Positions 15,701 through 30,100 of a stretch of DNA of 64,000 nt are shown here, one piece after another (positions within the stretch are counted from its first letter, which is position 1; the number at the start of each line of letters is the position of its first letter). The notes under the pieces were generated by a model. It had not been told where the DNA came from. It searched no databases and was given only the letters and a program-made list of their open reading frames with translations. The stretch comes from Auanema rhodensis (Eukaryota; Animalia; Nematoda), in NCBI GenBank assembly GCA_964057225.1, contig OZ059897.1, positions 9,176,001 through 9,240,000 on the forward strand. The letters run 5' to 3'. The position numbers and the translations under genes are program-made.

Positions 15701-18700
15701 CATTTTTCTGTGTTTTTTTAACAATCTCATTGGATATTGATTTGATATACTGATGAGAAAAAAAAGTCAAAGAAATAAATATAAAACAATAAAATTTGCA
15801 GCAGAAATCAAACGAAAATGAAAGAAATCATTGAAAAGTGGTGGGAAAACAGAGAGATAACTTCAAAATCAAAATGTGTTGACTTTTTGAGTTTTTTTTC
15901 TTCTGTTTCTTGTGTCTTTTTTTTCTGATACTTTTAGAAATGAAATTGATTATAAAAAAAATAAAACACAGAATGAATATATATATATATATGAAACAAA
16001 AAAAATCTTTTTTTTTGCCGGCTAACAATCAAACAATAGATTTTAAGCAAAAGAAAATTGCAAATTCATACTCTCACTTCCTGAATAGAAAACAAGTTGA
16101 AGAAAAGTTTTATTTTTCTTTTGGCTTTTATCGTCATATGAAGTAGTTTTGTATTCTTTTATTTTACAAAATGACCGTCAATGTAATGTTCCAATTGGTT
16201 CAAAACAAGTACTTAAAGTAGTTTGATAAGCAAGAAATATGTTCTTAATGACTTGATGAATATTTTATCTATCTATCTATCTATAAGAAGAATTAATATT
16301 TAAATCTCATAACTGATTTGATTAAAACAAAAAAAATGAAAAAGGAATGAATAATATGTGTGAAATAATGAAAAATGAAGAATGAAGATGAAGAAACTAT
16401 TGAATTTGCGACGAATGTGCTCCTGGAAGTTTTGGTTAAAAAGTGTCTAAGTTTCATAAGGCTACTGGCAAGCAGCATAACGTCATTCTTGGTTGAATGA
16501 CAAAAAAAAAAGAATTTTTGTGGCCGTAAATAGAAAGAATATGACTTGACATAGGATTTCATGAAACAAGAATCTATCTAGCTATCTATCTATATACGTA
16601 TATACATATGTATGTACATACATGTATGTATATGTGTGAGAGCAAGAGACATTAAACGAAAAAAATCTTTCATATCCATATATAGATAGATGACAGACAG
16701 TCAAATTGAGAAGATTATTGAAAGGAATAAAAAAAGAGGAAAAAGCGGAAGACATGGCACTCAGTAGCTAGTATTCAGATGAGCGGAAGCAGAATTATGG
16801 ATTCGGAAAGACCAATAACGAGTCCGAATTGAGAACACTTTTAGAATGAAAATTGAAAGATGATCTCCAAATATATAAATGACAAAAAAGGCTTGTGATA
16901 TGCTCATTTCATTTCATTTAGATAACTCTTCTAGTTTTGAGTCATACCCTTGTGAGCAGTTGCGTTTGTAGAGCATCCTCATGATTTAGATGTGGTTTGA
17001 ATAATAGATTGAATATGCAGAGAATTTTTATAGAAAAATAGAAAAAAAGTTTCAAAATATGTTTAATATCTCCAGAATTTTAAACTTGAAACTTTTGGCC
17101 ACTGCTTACGTACAAGCAGTATGGATGCTTGAACCGTCTCAACTGATGAAAAGAATGGAAAGAGGCGACGGAAGAAGGATGAAGCGGTGAAGTTGAGGTG
17201 CCGATGATTAGAATAGAGATGCTATCGAGTTATGCAGACGTTTGAAAGAATGAATCCGGAAGTGGATGAAGAAGTCTGAGCGGGGCACGTCAAGCTAGGT
17301 TGGACGACCAGAGCAGACAATAGCCGAAAGGCTTGATGTTAGTTCTTGAACGGAGCAGCCTATTCTGGCAGTGAGGCGACGAAGAAGAGACGAAGCTGAA
17401 AATCTGCAGCAGCACACAACTACTTTGCCAACAAGACAAAAAGACGTTCGAACCACTGGTATTCGTGTAGTGCTTAGCAATGAACGATCAAAAATAGAAA
17501 TGTCGATGTTAATGAGCAATGCTCAAATTTGTGAAAGCAGCCAGGACGTTGAAGACGAAGACAAATCGAAATGGCAGTGATGGGTGAAGCAGCAGATTGC
17601 CAAAAGCTCGTTCGCCGTCGCTGTCCTCTTCAACGTCGTGAATGGATTGCCAAACTACTGGTAAGTTTTTGGGCAATTCAAACTATACCCTGGGGGCAAA
17701 TATAGCTCAGGCTCGCGTTTGGTGTATGTATGTGTGCTTTAGGTTATGAGTTGAAATAGCAATCTGGAGTTGTAGTTCAGCAGTGCTGGAACTCACACGT
17801 GAAGTTAAAGCTATTGACGCAGGAATTAAATTCTTTAGAAAAGAAAAAAAATGTGTAGAGCTGTGAGAGAGCAACTGGCTGGAACTGACTACAGCTCAAT
17901 GCCAAACGAGACACACACAGACACACACTAGGTATCTGCCAAGAGCTTTCTCCGCTTAACAAAATGATAGCTGAGGGCTTTGAAAGGCAGTCGGTTGAGA
18001 CGAATACTAAATCAGCAGTTGAAACAGCAACTAGTGATCTGCATGTGAGCTTGATGACGAAATAGGGTGAGGAAGAGAGAAGAGATGAAGACTGATCTTC
18101 TGTTGTCAGATGATGCTCCTTTCGCCTCCTCCTGCTTAACTTCCTTGCCTTTCAATTCTGATTTCGAATTCTGAGAAAATGAAGCGAGATAAACGATGAA
18201 ATGGATGACAAAAAGTCGGACAATCTTGACAATGATGATGATGCTCTTGGTAAGACCAAAGAGGGCAGTGTAGACAATGATGAAAACGTCAACGCTGACA
18301 TTCACAGCTTCGAGACTTCCAAATACATAAACACAATTCGTCTAATTGAGCTCAAACAGTTGGACTACGTTCGCAACTCCAATGCTTCAAAATCGAATTA
18401 GCATCTGACCCAGGCATACATGCACGACGTCTAACAAGTATCAAAAGATAATCTTTCCATAATCCAATTATCTCAACACGTTGCTGTTGGCAGTTTTTCT
18501 TTTTCTTTTCTTTTTTTTCGAAAAAAAAATCTGAGCGAAAGTCAATTGGTCGTACATCCAGAAATATGATGGAAGATTCAATTGGCTTTGTCTATTCTAT
18601 TCTATTTCTAATCAAAGTCTTAATCATTGAACGAACATAACGCGACTAGAACGAATACGAAATCATTCAAATGCAAGCAACTTGAAACTTCAGTTGAAAC

Positions 18701-18827
18701 TTTTTTTTGTCTGGACGTGAAGGAAACTGATCAAAAATTGAGATAATCTCTTTATTTTTTTTCTTCATTCGAAAATGTTCTGCATTTTAGTTATTTTCGG
18801 AGATTGATTGAAACTTAGGAATGATTG

Positions 18828-18899
<72 letters not shown>

Positions 18900-21800
18900 A
18901 ATGAAAGGTTTGAAATGTATCCTACGAATGTTGCAGAATGATTGGCGTAAAAACAGGTTACTAACATCAAAAGCTTACAAACACAATAACAAACTACAAC
19001 GTTTGGTTGTCTTTAATTTTAGATTGAGAAACTGATTCAATAAAGATGATGTTATGTTTATGTGTTGTTGATGTTTTTGGCATTCATACTTTTCTATTTA
19101 AACAAAAAAAAAAGATTTTCAAAAAATTTGTAAAGAACTTCTGAAATGATGAGAACAAGAATATTGAACAGTAAAAGAGATTAGTGGCAGAAAAATGAAA
19201 AAAAGAGAAAAAAAAATTCATTTTTAGATTCAAGCATTGTTTGTTCGAAAAAACATGATGCCCTCTACTGATTTTCCACTGTTTCTCTCTTTTTCAAGCT
19301 CTTTCAAGCTCTAGTTAAATTTCTCTAGAAGAAACAATTATCAGCTGGGACTGTCTAAAGAACAACGATTCAGAATGAACAGGCAGAATTCATTGATATG
19401 CTTCTGAATTCTCCTCTCATTCAAAAATTCAATTTTTTCAGCTGAGATGTGCAGCAGAAATCACAGCCAAACCATTAATATCACCACAGACATGATATTG
19501 TGTATCGTGAAATTTGAAATTAGATAGATAACAATAAGCATGCTGTCTCGTAGAAACAAGACTAGGGGGGGGGGGGAGAGAAGTAAAATCGGGAGAAGTA
19601 GGGAGGGAGTGAGGGGGTCTTTGAAAACAGACAAGCTATTTTAAAAAAAGTTTTCTCCTTCTCTCAAAAAAAGCCTTTCCTCTGTTGCTTTCTCATATCA
19701 ATAGCCTAGCTTGTCACATAACTCATGAGAAGATTTGAAGAAAATTTTATATTCTAACTACTACAACTAAGCTATACTATGCTATGCTATGTGTATATGC
19801 CTAAATCTATACTTTTTTTCATTTTTTTAGAGATATTTTGACTTATTTTGTTTCATTTTTTGCTTTCTTTTCCGCTTTTTATTGTGTTTCCACGCATATT
19901 CTTCAACAATGTTGATTCAAACTTGACGTATTAGTATGTATTCCATCTCTTACTTCAACTTTTTTTTACTTTTATTATTTTGTTTTGCTTATAATATTTA
20001 CAAAATCTTTATTCGCACTTGATTGAACCCTTTTTCGGTTTTACTCTTATTTCTTCTATCGTTTTCAACTTTTATTCTAGCGCTCTATTACAAATCTTTC
20101 TCTTTTTTTTTTCTGATTTTCAATCTCATACTAAGTCTTCTTCCTTTTTTGCTTCACTTTTTCTAATTCCAGCTTATAAACTTGGTTAAAAGAATAAAGG
20201 AAAGAATAGATGTAGGGATCATGAATCCAAAAATTAAAGAATTTAAATGAAATTATGAGTAAATGTAATTCGATTATCGGGTAATAAACTACTATTGAAT
20301 ACTTAAGATAAAGGGTTTAAAGGCTAATTGCTGAAACCTCCAACTTTTTCTCATTTTGATCATCTTTAATAGGATCTCATAAAATAAAGATGTACTTTCT
20401 AAAGGATATATCACACAACGGATAATTCAAATAGAAGATTCAAAATTCTGATGATCATCTAAAGAATCAAAATCAGTAAGAGACCAAGGAACTGAATCTG
20501 ATAGCTTTGTATGAGGAGTTTCATGGATGTTATCAAATTGAAAATTCAAAATATTGAAAACGTTTTTCATCTTTTGGACTGCTACACCATTTGAATAACT
20601 AATTTTATACCATTCGCTTTCATTCAAATTGTTAAAATTTGTAAATGAGAGAAAGAAAACAATGATGTAATGTCATATAGACATAGAAGAAATATTATAA
20701 TTGGATAACGATGTATAACTTGCAAATTGGTCGAAACTAGTCGAGAAGTCAACGGCAACCAAACAGATATTGTCGTCCGAACGATTTTTGTCGAGGTAAT
20801 TAGTTGACTACATATGGTTCATCATCGTAACGACGACAGTAGATGGAATAGAGACTGTACAAAATGATAGGAGAATTGCTGAGAGAAGACAATAAGAGAA
20901 CGAATATAGCAAACAGAGGTCAACAGCCAGAGGCAATTGCATCTAAATACGTGCTACTGATCACTCTCTTCATTAGAGACAATTATCCAGCAAAAAAAAG
21001 AAGAGAAAACGAAGACGAATAGGTAAACTAAACTGAAAATGGATCTAACTGCAACTTATGCATAAAAAAAATTTTTTTTCAGATGCAACACTGGAAATAA
21101 AAAAAAAGGAAAAACTGAGCATAGATAAAAGCAATCCTAAAAATTTTGGATATATGTATATACTAGAGTTCTGGGCGTTGTCAGTTATGCGAAAAAAAAT
21201 TGTGAAAAAACAACAATAAATTGTCAAATACACAACATGATCCAAGTGAAGTATACCAGTAGACAGTTTGTAGGCAACGTTACATTATTTTCATGAGAAA
21301 AAAAAATATTTTAAAGAAACTAACCTGTCTCGGTCACTTCAGTTTGAGATTAAAATTCGTGGAATTTGGTGTACAGCTCTCTCTTACAATCTGAAGTATT
21401 AGATGATCAATATAGATATGAACGACGGCAGAATCATCAACATTGTTGCGAGACAAAAGCAAAAATATTAAATATATAACATGATCAAGTAATTATATAA
21501 ACTATAAGATTTTGTAAAAAAAAAATTAAGCTGGTTATAGCAAACGAACTTGATGGGTTCGCATAAATTGGATGGTGGAGGAGACATGATCAGGAATCAA
21601 ATACATAGATGGATGTATATAGATGTTGTGATATGATACATTTACGTGTATATATCATGGCATGATTGATAGGTACGATAGGTAATTCAGAAAATTGGCT
21701 TTATGTATGTATCAATTAATTCAAAACAATCGTTGAAATACATGAAAATCACTGGATTGTACATGACAAGCCAATTGAGATCAGTCATCTACACAGATGA

Positions 21801-22010
21801 ACTACCTGAATCTCACTTCAGAAAGATGCATGTATGTATGTTTAGGTCGTTTCAACATAAAAACGGAAATTGCCCAATTAGGCTTTTTTTTTTGGAAAAA
21901 GACAATTAAGTGAAATAAGTTGTGATGAGAGAAAGAAAGTATTCATTAATGAAAGTAAGATACATTGAAATGAGATAAAGAGAGAAAAAGGACGAAGAGG
22001 AGGGAGGGTA

Positions 22011-22042
<32 letters not shown>

Positions 22043-25000
22043 CAAATGTTGAAAATGATTAAAACGATCAGAATAATGAAAGGATTAAAGAAATACAGGA
22101 AGTGTTAGAGAGTTAAAGAAAGAAGAAAGATGATGAGAATGATTGAAAAAGAGGTAATGGATATGGGTGAAAATAGTATAACATCATCAATGAGTCAAAA
22201 AGCTATAAGATATTCTAGAAGGACATATCTATTTATGGGTGTATTTATAGTTAAACATAGTTAAACATCTTTCATCATAACATATTTTTTGAATATTAAT
22301 TAAAAACAAATTAAGATTAAAATTATTTAAGAAACGAGAGGAGGGTGAAGGAGAAAGTTGCTGGTATTATGACTATTACCTCAACCGGATAATTTACGTC
22401 TGCTAATTCAAATGATATTCAAATTTCACGCCTATTTCACGTGAATAAGTTAGTTATGTAAATTGCAAGATAAACAAGAAATTGTCATAATGAATTATAA
22501 GAATAAGAGACAAGAATATGAAGTTTCGAAGTTTTTCTTGAAGTCTGGTTTGAACAGAACAGGTTGAATCCAGTTAAGCTATTCGAGAAGCCATTAACAG
22601 AATGATGCTATATGAGTAAAACAGATGAGTTTCCGGTTACCTGTCAACTGTAACTGGAAATAGAAGAGCAAAAAGGATGAATACAACGAAAAAGGAACAA
22701 GAATAACTATTTTAAAATTATGTTAATTCAATGAATATGGTATAAACATAATTAATAGAAAATGATGTATTAAAACTTTTTTGGTCGTTTTTTTGTTTGA
22801 AAAATGGAAAGACAAAGCAAGCGTCGGAACGTTTCAGAAGTTTTTTTCCCTTAATTCTTATAATTGCATCTACATGAATGAAAATTGAGGAATAAAAGAT
22901 TTAGAACTGATAGACTTATGAAAAACGATTCGTGAGAATTAGAAGGAAATTGGCTTGACAGTTGAGCAGAATTGGATATGAAGTGACTAGGGAAAATGAG
23001 CAACAATCTGATAGCTTGAACAATCAATTGGAAGACATGGTTGTTGAAAAGAGTTGTGAACGGGAACGATGAGTCGACTCAAGTTGCTTTGCTTTTTTCT
23101 TCAAACAACAAAAGTTTCTGAGGACAAGACAAGAATGAGTATGTTGAGAATAGACTGCAAACAAGCTGTGGATCTGGTGAGGATCGGCTTTGTTTGGCAT
23201 AAAGATTTCCTCCTAAGGGTGAGGGTTTACAATCAGCAACCTAAAGGTTTGCAAGCAAAAGAGAAAAAAAAAGAAAAAAAAACAAGATTTACATGGTGAT
23301 ATGATGAAACGAAAACATGAAATAAATATTAAATGCTAAAGAAATAGTAGCAATGAAGTATGAAGAATGGAAATAGTGACTTTTGGGAGGGGGATATTGA
23401 GATAATATAAGAAATATAGGATAAATAGGAATAGGTAGGACATTTGTATGTATAATATCTGGAAGAGATGGAATGTATAACATGGGTTGTGTATGGAATG
23501 AAGGATTGAGAAATGGAAAAGACCGTGAAAGATAGAATACAAATGGGAGAGAAAAAGACAAGAAGGAAAGAAAACGGTGAGAGAGGAGATCCGAGGGGTC
23601 AATGGAGTCTTGACGATAGTTTAGGGGTTCACGAATTTGACGGAGATGATGGCGACGCCGAACGAAGACGACGACGACGACGACGGAGAAGAAGAAGATG
23701 ATGATGATGAAGAAGAATAAGGCGAATGAGAAGAAAGAGAAGAAGATATGAGTAGAAATGAGAATGGAATGAAAATACGTTAAGATCGTGGCCGTCCACA
23801 CGACAATGATGACAACGGTTTATAGAGAGAATGAAATATAGATGGCAGAAGAGGATAAGGTATATCGTAACTTATTGTCTGTATATTCATTTTGAATAAA
23901 GGAAAAGTAAGGTAAACAAGTTCAAAACAAAGTTAAAACAAGATTATTATGTACGAAATGCTGAAAATGAGAAAGAAATATTCAGTTAATACGTGTACAA
24001 TTCGTGGAAATGCTCTCTAAATGATGGAATGTTGAGATTATGTTGTCAACTATCAGTTTTTGACTAGAAATCGTTTAAGAACAAGTTGAACTTAATGAAT
24101 CAGCATAACTTGTCCTTTTACGATTTCTCTACATTTGAATACCTTCAGGGCATTATACTTAAACGAAGACCAGAGGTCTGGAATGCTGGTCCGATAAGCA
24201 TCATTTCTAGTTCTCGAACATCTCACACAAAGTGATGGTCAACCTTTTGAAAGGAGTGAAATTGGAGTTCTTATGAAAATATAAATATTTCAACTAACTA
24301 TATATATGTGTATATATATATACATCAAACTATATCTATATATAATATATAAAATATGAAGTAATTCTAGAAAATTTTAAAAATCTAAATGTTGAATATG
24401 AAGTAAGAAATAAAAAAAATGAAAAGAAGATATGTTCAAAATAAATAAAAGAACTATTTGAGTGAAAAAATGTACTTGAACATATTCTTTGAAGTATAAA
24501 TACACATTTAAAAGTGTTATAATCAAAAAATTATAATATTTTAGTTTTTTACTAACAAAATATGAAAAATTCTAAAAAAAATTTTAATTTTATTGTCGAA
24601 AATTTTATTTATTTCGGTTTTTTTTGGTGAAGAGGTAATGGTTGGTGCTGTTGTGAAGATGAGGATAAGCATGAATTCATGGTGGAGTACTTAGCTTCTT
24701 CTCACATTTCTATAAGGTCTTCTAACTAGTTATATATCTTGGAAATCATGAGACAAAGGTAAGTGAGAACAAGAAGAATGAAGTGAATTGAAGGAAAGTT
24801 TTACCGTCAGATAATTATATTAAACTAGATTTTTAAGTTGAAAAAGATGAATAGCGTTTAAATAAATATTATGCCAATGTATGCTTTCAGGCATAGTTTC
24901 GAGCATAAGTTGGTTAAATCAAAAAGAATATCTATTAATTAGAAATAAGATAATGAAGAAAAGATGAAGAAAACTAAAACAGAAAAGAAATTGCAACGAT

Positions 25001-26144
25001 ACAATATGTTGAGAATGAATTTTTTTTGTCGTAGGTTTGAGCTAACAAACAAGGGTGGGGCACATACAACATATGAATCTTTTGAGCCGATTGACACGAA
25101 ATGAGATATAAGTAACCAACAAGATCACTTTGCTTAGTCTTGAGGCTAAAATCAACAAAGAAGTGTGGCAAATAAGGTTTGCGGTGGAAAACATGGGATA
25201 AAACGGATTTTAAACATCACACCGATACTTACTGATGCAGAAGAAATATGAAAATTGGGAAGATCGTCTACCTAAATGGAATGAACAGGAGGAGATGAGG
25301 ATGAGGATGAGGTTGGTGTTCAAAGAGGTAGACATTCTGATGAGAAGGAAGGATAGTGATGAAGAGTGGCGGTCTGGACTAAAACCAGTTAATGAGAGAT
25401 GCCATACGGTCCAACTGGACAGGATATAAATGAAACTGTGCTGGTCAACCCTAACCAGGATGATGGTCTTAAGATAGGGAGTGACATCTGGTCCTGAAAC
25501 ATCAATCAGAAGGTGGGAAAATTATCGAAATCACGCTATGAGGCTTTAATGCAGATGTACCTTCACCGAGAACGAATGGAGGAAAGATGAACATAGTATT
25601 CAGAGAGAAATTGGGAGAATTAAAAGATTTAATAACGGAGTTTGATCTTTGAAATGGACAACAGTTTTTCATTGAGACGTGAACTTTCACACAGAGTTGT
25701 GCGAAATCAAAAGCCGGAGACTATACTAACATTAGAAAAACATTAGATAGATTGTTCAGCTTTTATGCAAAGATTTAACCTTAGAACATGATATTATTTG
25801 TATATTACAATGAAATAGTATCCATAGGTTATTCCATTTGTAATATATCTACCATGTATGTATGATATAATTTTGAAAATCTATATTTTCAGATGATGCT
25901 TATACAATTTCGAATGCTCAAACTTAAAACTCGTTGAAATCGATTCACCAAAAACCATCCACCTCCGATCATCCTTTCGGCAAAGAATATAAAGTTCGAA
26001 ACTCGTCTCGCCACCTTCTATTAAAACCAAACAACCATTTTTTCATTCTTTCATACATATGTACTTCGTAAGTAGATAGGTAGGTAGATAGGTAGGTAGG
26101 TAGGTAGGTGAAAGAACGGAGGAAAGGAGACAGAGAGAGAGAAG

Positions 26145-26236
<92 letters not shown>

Positions 26237-27057
26237 GGTAAAGGTAAGTATCTTATGAAAAAAACATCTCTATATATTTATCTTCTTTGGCTCAAGAATA
26301 ATTTTTTCAATTTTTATTCTGAAAGAACTTCAATTGTAGCAAATTTGACTGAAGAAAAGTGATGTTTACCAAAAGATACTATATTATACCATATTAGATA
26401 CTATATAGAAAAGGGATTAAGCATTTGTCATCATAAGCAACACTTTTTTTTCCAAAAAATATTTTTGAAGCAAATAATCTTCTTAATAGCAGTCAGTAAA
26501 TCAGAATAAGCATAGATATACATACATCTAGCTATATGGACAGCTTTGACAGACAATCTGTAAGATTTATGTGTACAGAAGCACCAATTCTCTCTGCGTT
26601 GCTAGATGGCTAGATAGTCCGGAAAGACAAGAAATACGTGAAGTTCGAATACGAAGAGTTCGATTTTTCGCCTTTTTGGTTACCTAAATAAAGAACGGAG
26701 AACGTTTAAACGTTTCGTAACTTTTGTATTTGATTGGATAAGGAAAATATTTTTTTCTCATTTTTCTTCTTTTTTTTTTTGCAAAAATTTGGTAAAATTG
26801 AAAGAATGAGGAACAACTGATACAAGTTGATTATAGCTAATCAGATGTTATAATATAGCATATTTAATATAAAATTAAGCTGATGATGATGAATCATAGA
26901 CTGAACATCATAAATGACCAGAAATCTGTAGAAAAATCCTCGTTTTTTCAATCTCTCTCTCTCTCTCTCTCCCTCTCTCTCTTTGATGTTCATGGAAGAG
27001 AGGAAAGAAAAAAGCATTTGTAGAGAAATATAGAATTATAAAAAATTATTGTCGAAA

Positions 27058-27110
<53 letters not shown>

Positions 27111-30100
27111 GAGAGAAATATAATAGTAACAGGCTTGTCAGTTCATATGTAAGTATCCAGAATGTTTTGGAAATTCTAGGTCAACTGAACTTCCGATGGT
27201 AAGTACCAAAAAAAATTCTGAAATAGTTGAAATATATAAATAATAATAATAATAGTATTATGAAACGAATACGACAGGTATGATAAAGAGGACAAGTAAC
27301 AATACTAATTATAAAATATAATTATATACATAAATATAGTTATAAATCTAGATCAAAATAAAGAAATTGAATTCATAGAAATACAATATAAGATCAGTTA
27401 GTTAGTTAGTTTGTTTTATATTTTGTTCAGTTTTTAAGGTTGAAACAACAAAATAAGAATGATGTATTGAAGTGATCACAAAGTTCTATGTACTACTGTT
27501 TGAGCTTTGAAGTCACGAAAAATTATAAAAAACTTTAAGAATAAAGAGAAAATAGAGGGAAGACAAAAAATGAAAAGGAATGAGAAGAAGAAGGTACAAA
27601 ACGGAAAAAAAGGATGTTGAAAATTCAATTTCTGCCTGTAGATTGGATAATGATGCAAGGTTAGAAGTAGTTCTATTACGAAAGTCACGAAATTATCTGT
27701 ACGGCACGACTGGATTTGGGACTAAGCAACGTCGTCTGTAATTTGCTTCTGTCACGATACTATCCATTTCTACTTTCCGTATATGCAACCTGACCATAAT
27801 GACTCTACAAGCATGTTAGTGATGGCCTAAGGCAATTTCACCTTCTTTGGCATCAACACTTTCTAGATTACCCCGTTATTCAGACATCACCACTACGTCG
27901 ACGACGGAGAAGACGACGACGACGTCTTCATTGTGAGGATGTTGTTCGTCCAACCACAAAAGGAAACGAAGGAGCGAGTCCAAGGACGAATTATGATTAA
28001 CGAGCGACCGATTTGCGACGAACATTTCCCTCTATCCAGCTGTCTCCCTCATCTGTTTCCCGTTGCCGTCATACTCGTTGTTAACATCGTATGCATTATC
28101 CTCACGTTGTTCTCATACAGAATAGCCTCGGTCGAACATGTAGGCATAATGCTACGCTCATTAGATTGGATTGAAGACGAAAGACTTGAAGAACATCAAG
28201 TAAATCCAATCTCTGATGTAGGATCTCCGGATAAACCGGGAGGTATTTCGGACTATATTCAGCACATTCACCGTAATTTTCTGTAACCGACGGGAAAAAC
28301 AATTGATGGAAGATGGAAAGGGGATGAATAAGGTCATGAGTTTCGGATAAATGTTGCAGAAAGTTCATGTGACGGGCATACGATATTCATGACGACTATC
28401 ATGACATAAGCTTACTAATAGCATGAGTGAACTAGATGAGAAAGGAATAATATTAAATGAGAAAAAACGAATATTTATATCAAAAATTAGAAAGATTATA
28501 TGAATATAAGTTATAGTTATTAGTAGAATATAGGGTTTTTAGGAATGTATTCATGCAAAATATAGCATATCATATGGATATAACCATAGACAATTATCGA
28601 ATAGATGCTATCAAGTCAGTAGAAAGACGCCAATTACTATTTACAGAAGAAGGGCAAATAAGGGCACAAGGTGGACTAAAGAGTTGAGCTGAGAAAAGAA
28701 GAAAGTTTGAGAGGTTGAGAGAGAAAACAGTATTGAGATTGGCTTTGTAATATAGAGAAGTAGAGAACAAAGCCCAATTGGAGAGCTTGACCAATCATTT
28801 TCTTCAAACTGAGAGTCATGATGATGACTTATAACATCTCTCTTTGAGATATTAGCATTAAAAGCAGATATAACCATGCCCACATAGTTAACATAGACAG
28901 ATATTATCACATCATAGTTTGAAAGTGATGTTGTCAGCCTAGGAGCAATCTTAAATTCCTTCACGTTATTTCACCCTCTCATTCGAGCTAATCCTGAGCT
29001 CAAATAGATTTTCAGTTCAAGTTAATCACTTTTGTCATGAGTCATGTAGCTGTCCACTACATTCCTTATATTCTTATCTGCTGTGTAATCAGCTCGTGTG
29101 AACTCAAACATCTTATCTTTTCTTTAAAAGTTGAAATAAAAAGAGAACCATACATACTTCAAATTATATTTTATGTGATTGTTAGTAAGTTTTCAATCAA
29201 GTTTTCATTTGTATAAACAAAGTTTATTTAACTTGTCTTGTTTCTATCTTATTCATATATTTGAATTCAATTTCAAGTTATATAGATGAAGTCTTTCTTT
29301 ACAAAATTTCCAAAATCTTCCGTTTCATGAAAAATATGAATAATTAACTGATGAAATAATGGTATATCATCATCATATTGAATTAATCTGAAGGAACTGT
29401 CAGTCGGACGTTCGAGTCTAATAACACGTTGATGACCTTTTGCTGACAGCAGAGGACACGTGCCTTGCGAGAGAGAGGACAGATTAGGGGACGAAAAGTC
29501 ATAATTGAATAAAAGAAAAATATTTGGATAAAGCCATGTGAAATCTGAGAGAAAATGAATAATTACAAAGAGATAATGTACATACTGTGTACCAATACTA
29601 TAGGTTATGTTGAAGTTTTGTATAATTTGGACATAAACTGAGGTAAATATAATCAATTTGACTCAAAAGTTTAAATGAAATTCTTATATTTATTAATTTC
29701 TGTGTATATTCATGTGTCAAATTGATATTATTCTTTGAGCCATGGTCTTAAAGAAACTGAAATCAGGTATAGATACATGTTTCTCCCGTACATGTATGTA
29801 TGTATGTATGTATGTATGAAGCCATAAGTCATGTCAATTTAACTTAAATGAAATATGCTTTAAAGATCATAGCTCATTAAAATCGAAAATTATATTTCTC
29901 GAATATTCTGTTTTAGAAGACAAAAAAAGGGGGAAAACTACATGTTCAGTGGTGGGCCAGTGGGCAGGATCAAAAATCACAAAAGCATATTCGGTTGAAT
30001 AGAAGTGAGTTGTATCTCATCCGGAAAAGGGATAGGGATGTTATGCCTGTGTTGTTGGCTGGTTGTCGGATTGGAGACTAGTCAAATATCTCGTTATCTT

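Noticed and set aside
20427-20627. Minus-strand 66-aa ORF as an exon of the RBD gene
   Set aside because: No convincing in-phase splice sites and no recognisable motif.
27933-28368. Overlapping ORFs in a GC-richer island
   Set aside because: No homology signal, clean splice borders or consistent frame; treated as non-coding.
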